DNA from: Candidatus Cloacimonadales bacterium
GTDB taxonomy: Bacteria > Cloacimonadota > Cloacimonadia > G963667145
DNA: 64,000 nt
NCBI GenBank assembly: GCA_965140615.1
Contig: OZ223280.1
Location: forward strand, 72,450-136,449
Reading direction: 5' to 3'
In this document: in pieces, positions 38,528 through 48,556 of the stretch
Numbering within the stretch: the first letter of the stretch is position 1
Layout: each line of letters opens with the position of its first letter
Made by a program: the position numbers and the translations under genes
The notes under the pieces: generated by a model
Seen by the model: the letters and a program-made list of their open reading frames with translations, nothing else
The model's database searches: none
Told to the model about the DNA's origin: nothing

Positions 38528-39267
38528 ATTACCTCTAATTTTTCAATTTTGTACTTTTCTGGCACAAAAGTTTCTATTTTCAACTTTTTCAAAAGATTTC
38601 GTAAAATGTCAACTGCCACTTTCTCGCTCCAATAATGCCCAACATCCAAGATGGAAACTCTACTTTCCAAAATTTGGTGATACTTAAAATCGGACGAGAC
38701 CAGAATGTCAGCTTTCCCCTGCAACGCCGAAAGCAACGAACTTCCATTGCCACCACACACTGCCACCTCTTGCACATTTTCTTGCAATGGGTAAACCAGA
38801 GCAAAAGGAGCATTCAGCCTGTTTTTACACTCCAAAGCAAACTTTTTCAGCGGTTGCCTCGGCACGCTCCCCATCAATCCTATCGGCTCATCCGTGCTAA
38901 TTGGACGAAGATTTTGCAATCCCAGTAGCGTTGCCAAAGCGTAATTGACCCCTTTGGGTGCTATATCCAGATTGGTGTGAGCACAAACGACCCCAATCTT
39001 GTGTTCAGCAAGACACAAAAAAAACTCATCGCAAAAAGAGCTCTGCGGATTGATAAACAGAGGATGATGAGAAACAATCAGATTTGCCCCCACCTCCAGA
39101 GCCAAAGCCAGTGCCAGCTCGTCCACATCCACACACACCACAGCCTTGCTAACCTCTTGCTGAGTTCGCCCCAGCAAAAGCCCCACATTATCCCATTGCA
39201 ACGCCGATTGCCACGGAGCAAATTCATCAATCTTATTTAAAATTTTGTCTATTCTCATTTGGTTCAA
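38524..39267 (-). CDS. Nif3-family dinuclear metal centre protein (YqfO/YbgI-like)
   Basis: 247 aa; conserved N-terminal region (DNVGLLLG...VVCVDVDE...LIVSHHPLF) and C-terminal His/Glu ligands. Confidence 0.8.
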   Translation of the reverse strand: MNQMRIDKILNKIDEFAPWQSALQWDNVGLLLGRTQQEVSKAVVCVDVDELALALALEVGANLIVSHHPLFINPQSSFCDEFFLCLAEHKIGVVCAHTNLDIAPKGVNYALATLLGLQNLRPISTDEPIGLMGSVPRQPLKKFALECKNRLNAPFALVYPLQENVQEVAVCGGNGSSLLSALQGKADILVSSDFKYHQILESRVSILDVGHYWSEKVAVDILRNLLKKLKIETFVPEKYKIEKLEVI

Positions 39268-39328
39268 GAAATCTGTTAATCTCTTTTAGTCAATGATTTC
39301 CCCTTTCTAATTGGTTTGTTCAACAATT

Positions 39329-40501
39329 TTAGATTGGGTAAAATTTTTGCAAAGATTTTACAGGTAAAACTTTTTCACCCACAGGAATATCGACCAAGCC
39401 ATCTACCCCGTACAACGCTTGTAAGTGTCCAGAATTGACAAAATCGGACACCAATATCTTATTGTCAACTATTTTACAAGGGCGAAACTCTTGCCTGTCC
39501 AAATCGGTTTTACGCACAAATTCTGCTTTCATAGGCAAAGTAAAATATTTTGCTTGTGGACTTTGCTTTAACATTCTTCTTATTAACCTAGCCACAAAAA
39601 GTGAAAAAACGACGAAACTGGACACGGGATTACCCGGCAAAGCAAAATATGGGATAGTCTGCACGGTAGAAAAAAAAGTCGGTTTCCCCGGCTTGAACTT
39701 TATCTTCTTGAACATAAATTTCGCCGACAAACTTTGCAACGCCTTAGGTATAAAATCGTAATCGCCCATCGAAGCTCCACCCGAGGATATCACCAAGTCG
39801 CAATCTAATAAAGCCCCAGAAATTGCCATTATCGTTGCCTCTAGCGTGTCAGCTACCACCTTGTATTCGCAAGGCTCACCCCCCAAAATACGCACTTGGG
39901 CTGCCAACATCGGACTGTTACTATCTAGCTTCTTGCCAGCCTTCAGCTCGGACTCTTGCTCCACTAGCTCGTCCCCTGTTACCAAAATCCCCACTCTCGG
40001 CTTGCGATACACACTCACCTTCTTTTTACCGACAGAGGCCAAAATAGCAACATCTTGAGGAGCAATTTGCTTGTGTTTGTGCAAAACTTTTGTCCCTTTT
40101 AGCAAGTACTCACCTTGATAGCAGATGTTGTTTCCAACCTGCCCTAGTACCATCAGCTTACCATCTACCACCTGTGCGTCTTCCACCATCACCAACTTAT
40201 CGAACTCCTTGGGAACTACAGCACCAGTCATAATCTTAACACACTCCCCTGGTGCATACTTTTTGCTAACAGTATCGCCAGCTCTTAGCACTGCCACCAC
40301 CGCAGGTGCAACATCCGTGCTTCTGTAAGCGTAACCGTCTTTGAGGGCTTTGTCGAAAGCAGGGTCGTCAGAGGCTGAAAAAACATCTTCTGCCAGCACT
40401 CTACCCAGCGAATCTTTTAGCCAAACCTCTTCTTTTTTCAGCTCTTTCAGAGGACAACCATCTATCAATTCCCAAGCTTTTTGGGTCTCTATAAACTCCA
40501 T
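39329..40501 (-). CDS. moeA: molybdopterin molybdotransferase MoeA
   Basis: 390 aa; MoeA N/linker/MoCF-biosynthesis domain pattern (GGASMGDYDF, ILVTGDEL). Confidence 0.85.
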   Translation of the reverse strand: MEFIETQKAWELIDGCPLKELKKEEVWLKDSLGRVLAEDVFSASDDPAFDKALKDGYAYRSTDVAPAVVAVLRAGDTVSKKYAPGECVKIMTGAVVPKEFDKLVMVEDAQVVDGKLMVLGQVGNNICYQGEYLLKGTKVLHKHKQIAPQDVAILASVGKKKVSVYRKPRVGILVTGDELVEQESELKAGKKLDSNSPMLAAQVRILGGEPCEYKVVADTLEATIMAISGALLDCDLVISSGGASMGDYDFIPKALQSLSAKFMFKKIKFKPGKPTFFSTVQTIPYFALPGNPVSSFVVFSLFVARLIRRMLKQSPQAKYFTLPMKAEFVRKTDLDRQEFRPCKIVDNKILVSDFVNSGHLQALYGVDGLVDIPVGEKVLPVKSLQKFYPI

Positions 40502-40628
40502 ATTTTCTCCACAAAATCTTTTTATTAAGCCAAAGCGATAGGTTGTGCTAATTTTGCCAAGGATAAAATAATTCTAAAAAAGAGGTTGACCGATTTTCGA
40601 TATTTTTTTGTAAGTAGTTCGAGGTTTT

Positions 40629-41000
40629 ATGGAAATAGAGAAAAATATTCAAATCAAAATTGCTCTTTTAGACAGAGAAAATAAGGTTTTTATGGGGATA
40701 GGAGTAGTTTGGCTGATGAAAGCTGTAGCAAAACACAAATCTTTGAAAAAAGCAGCCGAGAGTATGCACCTGTCTTATTCCAAAGCCAACAAGATGGTTC
40801 GACGAGTGGAGTCTGTAACTGGCAAGAAATTTTTGGAATCTTACAAAGGTGGAATAGAGCGAGGTGGCAGCGTCCTGACCTCTTTTGCTCAATATTACAT
40901 CGCCACCTATCAGCAGATGAGCGACGACCTGAAAGAAAATTCTCAAAAATATTTTTACCAGTTTAAAGATAAAATTGAAAAGTTTAACAAAAAGGGATAA
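40629..41000 (+). CDS. modE: ModE-like winged-helix regulator, N-terminal DNA-binding domain only (no TOBE domains)
   Basis: 123 aa; matches the ModE N-terminal HTH region (GSLKKAAESMHLSYSKANKMVRRVESVTGKKFLESYKGGIERGGSVLT); directly upstream of modABC. Confidence 0.65.
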   Translation: MEIEKNIQIKIALLDRENKVFMGIGVVWLMKAVAKHKSLKKAAESMHLSYSKANKMVRRVESVTGKKFLESYKGGIERGGSVLTSFAQYYIATYQQMSDDLKENSQKYFYQFKDKIEKFNKKG

Positions 41001-41010
41001 AGGAAATAGT

Positions 41011-41739
41011 ATGAAAAAGATAGTTCTTATGGCTTTGGTTCTCTTGGTCTGCGGTTGTCAGCCCGAGCCACAAAAAATTAAAATCTCTAGTGCGGCTAGC
41101 CTTACAGATGTTTTGACTAGCCTCAGCCAAGAGTACACAAATCAGGGCAATGCTCAATTTCAACTAAATTTTGCTTCCAGCTCCATCTGTGCCAAGCAGA
41201 TAGAAAAAGGGTTGCAAGCAGATATTTTCCTCAGTGCCAATCCCAAGTGGAGCGAGTATTTAATCCAAAAGCAGATAGCCACAGAAGAAAATTCCAAAAT
41301 ATTGCTGCACAACTCTTTGGTGGTCATCATTCCCTCCGAATCCAAACTTGTCATCAAAGATTTGCAAGACCTAGCACTCTGCCAAAAAATCGCTACGGGC
41401 GATGTTTCTCATGTGCCCGCAGGCATATACACCAAACAAACTTTGGAAAATGTCGGCATCTTTGCTCAGTTAAAGACAAAAATCACTGGTGCTGTGGATG
41501 TAAGGGCCGCGATGAGCATGGTGGAGTCTGGTAGCACCGATTGTGGGATTGTCTACAAAACAGACGCTCTGGTGAGTAAAAAAATAAAAATAGCTTACGA
41601 AATTCCTGCCGACCTCACTCCTGAGATAACCTACACTATCTGCTTACTAAACCCCTCTGGAAAAAAGTTTTTTGATTTTTTGACTAGCGAAAAAGCAAAG
41701 CCTTTCTACACCAAATTCGGCTTCACACCAGCTTATTAA
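41011..41739 (+). CDS. modA: molybdate ABC transporter substrate-binding lipoprotein ModA
   Basis: Start at the internal Met MKKIVLMALVLLVCGC (lipobox LVCGC) with RBS AAGGAAA; periplasmic-binding fold; operon with modBC. Confidence 0.8.
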   Translation: MKKIVLMALVLLVCGCQPEPQKIKISSAASLTDVLTSLSQEYTNQGNAQFQLNFASSSICAKQIEKGLQADIFLSANPKWSEYLIQKQIATEENSKILLHNSLVVIIPSESKLVIKDLQDLALCQKIATGDVSHVPAGIYTKQTLENVGIFAQLKTKITGAVDVRAAMSMVESGSTDCGIVYKTDALVSKKIKIAYEIPADLTPEITYTICLLNPSGKKFFDFLTSEKAKPFYTKFGFTPAY

Positions 41740-41747
41740 AGCATAAA

Positions 41748-42422
41748 ATGAGTTCCATAGAATTTTTTGCCATAAAGTTCTCTCTTTTGGTGGCGAGCTT
41801 GGCGACAATTATCAACTTGCCTTTGGTGCTTTTGACCGCACACATCTTAACCAAGAGTAAGTTTAAAGGAAAAATGCTCATCGAAGCTATCTTAATCTTC
41901 CCCTTGGTGCTTCCGCCTCTGGTTACCGGCTACATCTTGCTTTTCGTCTTCAGCCAAAGCTCACCAGTGGGTAGCTTTTTGAGTCGCTTTGGTATCAACT
42001 TTATCTTCAACCTACCGGCGGCAGTGCTAGCCTCGTGCGTAGTGAGCTTCCCTTTGATGCTTCGCCCTGTCAAGTTGGCTATGGGCTCTATCGACAAAGG
42101 TTACCTAAATATTAGCAGGAGCTTGGGGCAAAACGGCTTGCAATCTTTTTTCAAAGTTATCTTGCCTATGTCCAAGTCGGGCATCATCTCGGGTGCTGTG
42201 CTGTGCTTTGCTCGAAGCATCGGCGAATTTGGTGCCACCATTATGCTGGCAGGCAACATCCCGCACAAAACCACGACAATCTCGATGGCAATTTTCAGTT
42301 TTTTCAACTCCGTAGATGGCGAACTGGCTTGTTTCAGACTAGTAATCATCTCTATCATCATCTCGCTGATTGCCCTTTTGGTGAGCGAGTATTATCAAAA
42401 AAAAGGGCTAAAAAATGCTTGA
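41748..42422 (+). CDS. modB: molybdate ABC transporter permease ModB
   Basis: 224 aa; 5-6 TM helices; ABC permease EAA-like loop (SRSIGEFGATIMLAGN). Confidence 0.85.
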   Translation: MSSIEFFAIKFSLLVASLATIINLPLVLLTAHILTKSKFKGKMLIEAILIFPLVLPPLVTGYILLFVFSQSSPVGSFLSRFGINFIFNLPAAVLASCVVSFPLMLRPVKLAMGSIDKGYLNISRSLGQNGLQSFFKVILPMSKSGIISGAVLCFARSIGEFGATIMLAGNIPHKTTTISMAIFSFFNSVDGELACFRLVIISIIISLIALLVSEYYQKKGLKNA

Positions 42423-43470
42423 AGTCCAAATTAAGAAAAAAATAGGTAACTTCCAGCTAGATTTGGAGTTGAAAGTTGACAAAGAGTTTACAGTTTTGCT
42501 CGGGGAGTCTGGAAATGGCAAATCGTTGACTCTTTCAGCTATTGCGGGGTTCTTGCGACCAGACCAAGGTTACATCAAGCTAGATGGAAGATACTTACAC
42601 AGTCAATCACAAAAAATATTCTTGCCACCCGAAAAACGACACATAGGCTATGTGATGCAAGACTCTTACCTTTTCCCCCATCTGACTGTAAAAAAAAATT
42701 TGCTCTTCGGAGTAAAAAAACTTGATGAGCACCTACTAGACTCTTTAATAAGTTTGCTAGATTTGCGTCCACTGCTGTCTCGTGGCACTTGCAATCTTTC
42801 TGGTGGCGAAAAACAGCGAGTCTCCATAGCTAGAGCTTTGCTGACCAATCCCAAGTTGCTACTGATGGATGAGCCGATCTCGGCTATCGACCCCAGACAA
42901 AAAGACAAAATTTTGGTCTACCTGAAGAAAATTCATAGCACTATTAAAATTCCTATCCTCTATGTAACTCACAGCATCAGCGAGGCAGAGTTTTTGGCAG
43001 AAAAGATAGCGATTATCAAAGATGGCACTATCATTAAGTGCGATAGCAAAGAGAACATTACTTCCTCGGACGATATTTTCAAGTTGGGCAAGACTTTCAT
43101 AAATTTTTTGAAAGGGACTCTTTGCTCTCAAGACCCTCAAAAAGATTATAGCGTGGTCGAAGTTGCTCAAAAGCAAATCCACATCCCCTATCTACCCGCA
43201 AGGCTCGGAGAGCAAATTTACCTCAGCTTGCCAGCAGACCAAATCTTGCTCAGCAAGAGCAACCTTGGCGATATCGGATCGGTAAATGTTTTTCAAGCTA
43301 CGGTGAAAAGGTTTATTCGTAAATCTAAGACAAAGAAGATTTTTTTACTAGATTGTGGTTTTGACTTGGCAGTGGAGCTTCCGCAAGATGACCTCAACGA
43401 TATCAGCCACATCAGCATCGACGAAGAGGTAAAGGTTGTTTTCCGACGAGAAGCTATAGAAATTTTTTGA
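42415..43470 (+). CDS. modC: molybdate ABC transporter ATP-binding protein ModC
   Basis: 351 aa; Walker A GESGNGKS, signature LSGGEKQR, Walker B LLLMDEP; C-terminal TOBE-like domain. Confidence 0.85.
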   Translation: MLEVQIKKKIGNFQLDLELKVDKEFTVLLGESGNGKSLTLSAIAGFLRPDQGYIKLDGRYLHSQSQKIFLPPEKRHIGYVMQDSYLFPHLTVKKNLLFGVKKLDEHLLDSLISLLDLRPLLSRGTCNLSGGEKQRVSIARALLTNPKLLLMDEPISAIDPRQKDKILVYLKKIHSTIKIPILYVTHSISEAEFLAEKIAIIKDGTIIKCDSKENITSSDDIFKLGKTFINFLKGTLCSQDPQKDYSVVEVAQKQIHIPYLPARLGEQIYLSLPADQILLSKSNLGDIGSVNVFQATVKRFIRKSKTKKIFLLDCGFDLAVELPQDDLNDISHISIDEEVKVVFRREAIEIF

Positions 43471-44683
43471 GTGCGTTAATTCTTTGCAACACAGGAGGGT
43501 GTGAATAGCTAACAAAGACCCGCAATGGAGACGGAGTCAGATTGCTCAAGTTTTGCGATGACAACCCTTTTAGTGCAGAGATAAGAGGCTTCCCAGAGCC
43601 AAGAGTACTTGCACTATATGCATCGGCTTCGTACTCGTGCTTCCGTGAAAAATATGCCGAACAGATATCCAAAAGCACAGACAGCGGTGTGAAGATAAGC
43701 ACAAACAAAATCATCCCCACATAAACACTGGTGTCGCTCACTGCGAAGTTCGCATAGAGAGTCGCATCTTTCACAAAGAAAGAGAAGAGATAGAGCATAA
43801 ACCCAGTGCTAACAAAGCTAAAAGCAAGTCCCTTCTTGATATGTCCTTTCACGCAATGACCCACTTCGTGAGCCAGCACTGCCAATATCTCTTTCACACT
43901 CAACTGCTCTATCAGTGTGTCGTACAGTGCGATCCGCTTTGTTTTGCCAAGCCCTGTAAAGTAAGCGTTAGCCTTAGTCGATCGCTTAGAGCCATCGATG
44001 GAAAAAAGCCCCGAAATTTTGAACTTTTGCTTTGCCATATACTCCACTATTGCACTCTTCAGCTCTCCATCTGAAAGGGGCGAAAATTTGTTAAACAAGG
44101 GCAAAATCACCACTGGCGAGATGAAAGCCAAGAAGAGGCTCACCAAAGTAAGAACAACCCAAGTGTAGAGCCAAGCCCATTGCCCAAAGGTGCTGAAGAA
44201 CCAAACAGCTAAGCCAAAAACAGCTCCAATCAGCAGCAAAGATATTAGTAAACCTTTAACCGCATCCCAGAAGAAAGTTGCCAAAGTTGTCTTGTTAAAC
44301 CCAAATCTGCCCTCGATGACGAATGTGAAGTAGACACCAAACGGCAAGTTGAGCAGCGTAAAAGCCAGCAAGAGCGAGCCTAGATAAACCGTGCCAGATA
44401 TGGGTACTGTAAGTTGCCAAGAGTTGACCCAAACATCTAGATAAGCAAACCCGCCCAAAGCTATAAACAACAAAGATACCAGCAAGTTAAAGCTCTTTTT
44501 CCACAAGCCAAATTTAGTTGTAACTCTGGAATATTCTTGACTTTTTGCATACTTTTCTTGGTCATAAACATCCGAAAACTCGCTCGGCATAGGTTTAGCC
44601 AAATACTTAAAAGTAGAAATATCACAGACCAAATCCAAAAGGTAGTTTGCCAGCAGAAGAGCTAAAATCAAATATAAATACAT
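43454..44683 (-). CDS. M48-family zinc metalloprotease (Ste24/HtpX-like, 7-TM)
   Basis: 409 aa; polytopic; HEXXH motif (LAHEVGHCVKGH) in the C-terminal half. Confidence 0.75.
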   Translation of the reverse strand: MYLYLILALLLANYLLDLVCDISTFKYLAKPMPSEFSDVYDQEKYAKSQEYSRVTTKFGLWKKSFNLLVSLLFIALGGFAYLDVWVNSWQLTVPISGTVYLGSLLLAFTLLNLPFGVYFTFVIEGRFGFNKTTLATFFWDAVKGLLISLLLIGAVFGLAVWFFSTFGQWAWLYTWVVLTLVSLFLAFISPVVILPLFNKFSPLSDGELKSAIVEYMAKQKFKISGLFSIDGSKRSTKANAYFTGLGKTKRIALYDTLIEQLSVKEILAVLAHEVGHCVKGHIKKGLAFSFVSTGFMLYLFSFFVKDATLYANFAVSDTSVYVGMILFVLIFTPLSVLLDICSAYFSRKHEYEADAYSASTLGSGKPLISALKGLSSQNLSNLTPSPLRVFVSYSHPPVLQRINALKKFL

Positions 44684-44684
44684 C

Positions 44685-46100
44685 TTAACCTTTCAAATGC
44701 TCTTTGAGTAGCTTATTTGCGATGTTAGGGTTTACCTGCCCTTTGGAGAGCTTCATCAGTTGCCCTACAAAAAATCCAAAGAGCTTCTCTTTGCCAGAGC
44801 GATACTCGGCCAGCTGGTTAGGACTTGCCTCAAGCACCTTAGCTATCAACTCTAAGATTGCACTCTCATCGGATATTTGCACTAGTCCCAGCTCTTGCAC
44901 CACAGTTTGCGGGCTTCGGGGATTATCTATCAGCTCTGCAAAAACTTTTTTTGCCATCTTGGAGCTGAGTTCTCCACTGACTACCAACTTGCCTAGCTCT
45001 CCCATCATCTTTGCCGAAATAGGACAATCTTGGATGTTCATCTCCTCTTTGTTCAGATAAGCCAAAAGTTCGGACTGAATCAAATTGGAGACGGTTTTGG
45101 CATCGCCAAACAAGCACGCTTGCTCATAATAGCTGGCTATTTGCTCCGTATCGGCTAGCACCACAGCGTCTTGACTAGTTATTTTGTACTGTTGCACAAA
45201 CCTCTTCCGTTTAGCGTCGGGAAGCTCCACCAGATGGCTTTTCAAAAATTCGATACGCTCTTTACTAATCTTTATCAGCGGGATGTCTGGCTCATCGAAG
45301 TACCTATAGTCGCTGCTTCCTTCTTTAATTCGCATAGTAGTCAGCTCCAAGGTGATGGGGTTTAAAGTTTTGGTTGCCTGCCGTATATTTTCGCCTTTAG
45401 CCAACGCTTGCTTTTGGATCTGGGTCTCTATCTCAATAGCTTTTTGCACATTTTTAAAGGAGTTAAGGTTTTTTATCTCCACTTTCGTCCCCAAGACATC
45501 TGTGTCGCTTATGGAAATGTTTACATCGCACCTTAGCGAGCCTTGCGACATATTACCATCGGAAATTTTCAGGTAAGTGAGTATCTGCTTTAGCTTTTGC
45601 AAGTAGTTGTACGCTTCTTCGCCCGAGTGCATATCTGGGCAGGAAACTATCTCCAGCAGAGGAACTCCCGCTCTGTTGAAGTCGATAAAGCTCTTGTCAT
45701 TGGGCACATAGGATGCATCGTGCATACTCTTGGCTGTGTCTTCCTCCATATGGACTCTCTCTATGCCAACGACGCTACCGTCGTCCAAAGTCAAAGATCC
45801 CTCATAACAAATAGGCTTGTCGCTTTGCGATATCTGGTAGCCTTTGGCAAGGTCAGGGTAAAAATAGTTCTTCCTCGCAAACTGAACGGTTTGTCTTATC
45901 TTGCAACCCAAGCTGAGCCCCAAAATTATGGCGTTATCCACAAGCTTCTTATTCACCATGGGCAAAGCTCCCGGCATGCCTAAACACACAGGGCAAGTGT
46001 TAGAGTTGGGCTGGCGACCAAACTCGGTAGAACACCCGCAAAACGCCTTGCTCTTGGTTAGCAGCTGAGTATGAATCTCTAATCCTATCGTCGTTTTCAC
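44685..46100 (-). CDS. gatB: Asp-tRNA(Asn)/Glu-tRNA(Gln) amidotransferase subunit B
   Basis: 471 aa; N-terminus MKTTIGLEIHTQL and CxC motif (AFCGCS); C-terminal YqeY-like domain. Confidence 0.9.
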   Translation of the reverse strand: MKTTIGLEIHTQLLTKSKAFCGCSTEFGRQPNSNTCPVCLGMPGALPMVNKKLVDNAIILGLSLGCKIRQTVQFARKNYFYPDLAKGYQISQSDKPICYEGSLTLDDGSVVGIERVHMEEDTAKSMHDASYVPNDKSFIDFNRAGVPLLEIVSCPDMHSGEEAYNYLQKLKQILTYLKISDGNMSQGSLRCDVNISISDTDVLGTKVEIKNLNSFKNVQKAIEIETQIQKQALAKGENIRQATKTLNPITLELTTMRIKEGSSDYRYFDEPDIPLIKISKERIEFLKSHLVELPDAKRKRFVQQYKITSQDAVVLADTEQIASYYEQACLFGDAKTVSNLIQSELLAYLNKEEMNIQDCPISAKMMGELGKLVVSGELSSKMAKKVFAELIDNPRSPQTVVQELGLVQISDESAILELIAKVLEASPNQLAEYRSGKEKLFGFFVGQLMKLSKGQVNPNIANKLLKEHLKG

Positions 46101-46119
46101 TATTTATAAATCCTTTTCT

Positions 46120-47592
46120 CTAAAAATACCACTTCACGCCAGCATAAACTTGCTGACCTCTTTCAGGATAAGCTGACAGTTTGCTCAGCTCATAATCAAG
46201 TAAGTTCAAAAATCGCAACTCAAAGCTAAGGGCATCGTTGAAAGCCCATTTCTGCTCCAAGCTAAGATCCAACTTGTCTTCCACTTCCAGACCAGCTTCG
46301 TCTTTTATGAGCTGACCAACGGAAAACCCAAGCTCTGTGGTAACCATCTTGAAGCGAGTGTGGTTCAGTGTAACCTTGCCTACCGCTCCCGGCTCATATG
46401 GGATGTAATCTTTCGCTTGGTTCATCACCATTTCACGGTAGTAGGAAGCAGAAATCCCATATCCATCGTAATCAAAACTCGCCTGAACGCCCGCCTTGTT
46501 TGTCAAAAAATCTTCCTCACAAGTCAAATACCTGTCTGCGTCTTCCACTTTGCTATAATAGATGTGATTCATCTTGTAGCTAGCGTTACCAAAAAGTGTG
46601 AAATACCGCTTAAAGCCAAGCTTGAGAGTAAAATCTAAGGGGACCATCTCTTGGGAAACCTCGTAATCGGAGCTCTGAGCGTAGTTTTCGCTAAGCAAAT
46701 CAAAATGCGTTTTTTTGGAAATAGTCGGGATATTCTCTATGTGGATGAACATCTTATTGGGTAAAAAATAAAGCCCTAAAAATCCAAAAGAGGGCATAAA
46801 CCTCTCTCTGGAAAGCCCTACCCAAAAATCAAATGTATAAAATCCCCACTTGTTAATGTTTTTTTGTGCTTTTAGCTCGGAGTGAAAGGCGTCTGAGTAA
46901 TGGAAAAAATCACCCGTAAGCAAGATGTCGTAAATCTGACCTCTGGGAGAGACGCCAAAATTGGAGTAACTTTTGGTTTGAGTCTGCTCAGGGTAATCTT
47001 GTTTCACATTTTCGGCAGAAACGAAAATATTCAACTCCTGTAGTAAGCTATCAGAAAGCGATAAGTTCCACGAAAAACCACCTTTTGTAACTTTTGATTT
47101 GAGACTAGTTGCTTTGGCGTCAAACTCTAAAAAGCTAAAATCTATGCCTGACCTACCGAAGTTAGGACTCCAAAGAAACGACTGAGTGTAACTGTACCAT
47201 TGCTCATCGTGCCAGTAGTTCTTGCTCTCTACTTCAAAATCTAAAAGCTCGTTTTGCAAGTTATGATAGACAGCTTTTAGCTGAGCTTTGTGCCCATAGC
47301 CCAGCCAGAAATCCAGAAAACCAACACTCTGCTTGTTTTTGGTACTATCTTTATTACCACCGAACTCCAAATCTTGCAACTCTGCGTCAAACTCAAAATC
47401 TCCCTCAATTTGCCAATGCTTGGACAGGTCATCATCAAAATAAAAGTTATCTTTGTCTTGTAACTCGTCTTTGCCCTCAATAGTTACCGAGGGCAAATCT
47501 AACTCCTCTGCTGTAGCTCCCCACGCTAAGCATGGCAAGAGCAAAAGACAGCAAAAGAGGTTTTTTATCTTACACAAACTATTAATCCACAA
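46120..47592 (-). CDS. hypothetical secreted/outer-membrane beta-barrel-like protein
   Basis: 490 aa; cleavable signal peptide (LLLLPCLAWGA/TAEE); acidic, aromatic-rich; ends in aromatic ...GVKWYF typical of OMP C-termini. Confidence 0.5.
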   Translation of the reverse strand: MWINSLCKIKNLFCCLLLLPCLAWGATAEELDLPSVTIEGKDELQDKDNFYFDDDLSKHWQIEGDFEFDAELQDLEFGGNKDSTKNKQSVGFLDFWLGYGHKAQLKAVYHNLQNELLDFEVESKNYWHDEQWYSYTQSFLWSPNFGRSGIDFSFLEFDAKATSLKSKVTKGGFSWNLSLSDSLLQELNIFVSAENVKQDYPEQTQTKSYSNFGVSPRGQIYDILLTGDFFHYSDAFHSELKAQKNINKWGFYTFDFWVGLSRERFMPSFGFLGLYFLPNKMFIHIENIPTISKKTHFDLLSENYAQSSDYEVSQEMVPLDFTLKLGFKRYFTLFGNASYKMNHIYYSKVEDADRYLTCEEDFLTNKAGVQASFDYDGYGISASYYREMVMNQAKDYIPYEPGAVGKVTLNHTRFKMVTTELGFSVGQLIKDEAGLEVEDKLDLSLEQKWAFNDALSFELRFLNLLDYELSKLSAYPERGQQVYAGVKWYF

Positions 47593-47601
47593 AAGGTTTA
47601 A

Positions 47602-48534
47602 TCATTTTTTATGCTTACGCAAATACCCTTCAACCAAGATAGGACTAGCCACAAAAATTGAAGAGTAAGTACCGATTACCACGCCTATCAAAAGAGCAAA
47701 AGAAAAATCGTGAATAACACTACCACCGAAAAGGTACAAAAACAAAACAACCACAAAAGTGGTGAAAGAGGTAATAACCGTACGGCTGAGGGTTTCGTTG
47801 ATGCTAAAGTTGACGATATCGGGAAAAATCATCCTGCTATTTTTGGTAGAGTCTTCTCTAATCCGTGCAAAAACCACAATCGTATCGTTGAGGGAGTACC
47901 CAACCAAAGTCAGCAAAGCAGCTACAATAGGCAAACTGAACTCCAAGTTTAAAACGGAGAAGACGCCCACCGTAATCAAAACATCGTGAGCCAAAGCCAC
48001 CACAGCCGCAAAACCGTAAGTGAACTTTTTGAACCTCCACCAGATGTAAATGATAATTCCCAGAAGAGCGTAAAATATCGCTTTGAGTGCTTTGCCTTTC
48101 AGCTCCTGCCCTATTTGAGGACCTACGGTTTGTGAGCTTCGCACTAAATCTTCGCTCTTGGTAAACTCGGGCAGTTTACTTTTTAGGATAGAGACAATTT
48201 CACTTTCCAACAAAGGGGTGTCTTTACCTTCGGGAATTTGTGAGGATAGCAAGAAAATATCTTTGCCCGCTTGTGAAGTAAGTTGTTGTAATTGCACACT
48301 TTCATAATCACTGCCTACAAAAATCTCCCTAACTTGTTGCAAGGTTACCGCTTTTTCACTTTCACTACTAAGGTTCAGCTCCATAGCCACACCACCAGTG
48401 AAGTCTATTCCGTAATCGGGTCCACCCTTTACTACCAAAGAAACGACGCTACCCACTATCAGCAAAGCTGACAAAAAGAACATAATCCTTCTTTTACCTA
48501 CAAAATCAATTTTAGAGTTTTTAAACAATCTCAT
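47602..48534 (-). CDS. secF: protein translocase subunit SecF
   Basis: 310 aa; GIDFTGG motif; 6 TM helices. Confidence 0.9.
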   Translation of the reverse strand: MRLFKNSKIDFVGKRRIMFFLSALLIVGSVVSLVVKGGPDYGIDFTGGVAMELNLSSESEKAVTLQQVREIFVGSDYESVQLQQLTSQAGKDIFLLSSQIPEGKDTPLLESEIVSILKSKLPEFTKSEDLVRSSQTVGPQIGQELKGKALKAIFYALLGIIIYIWWRFKKFTYGFAAVVALAHDVLITVGVFSVLNLEFSLPIVAALLTLVGYSLNDTIVVFARIREDSTKNSRMIFPDIVNFSINETLSRTVITSFTTFVVVLFLYLFGGSVIHDFSFALLIGVVIGTYSSIFVASPILVEGYLRKHKK

Positions 48535-48556
48535 TTTAACTTCCTTTATTTTAACT

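Noticed and set aside
40502-40628. Looked for a ModE-box palindrome (CGnTATATA-N-TATATAnCG type) in the moeA-modE divergent spacer
   Set aside because: Only weak direct repeats (CGATTTTCGATAT) were found, with no convincing dyad. Not reported as a feature.
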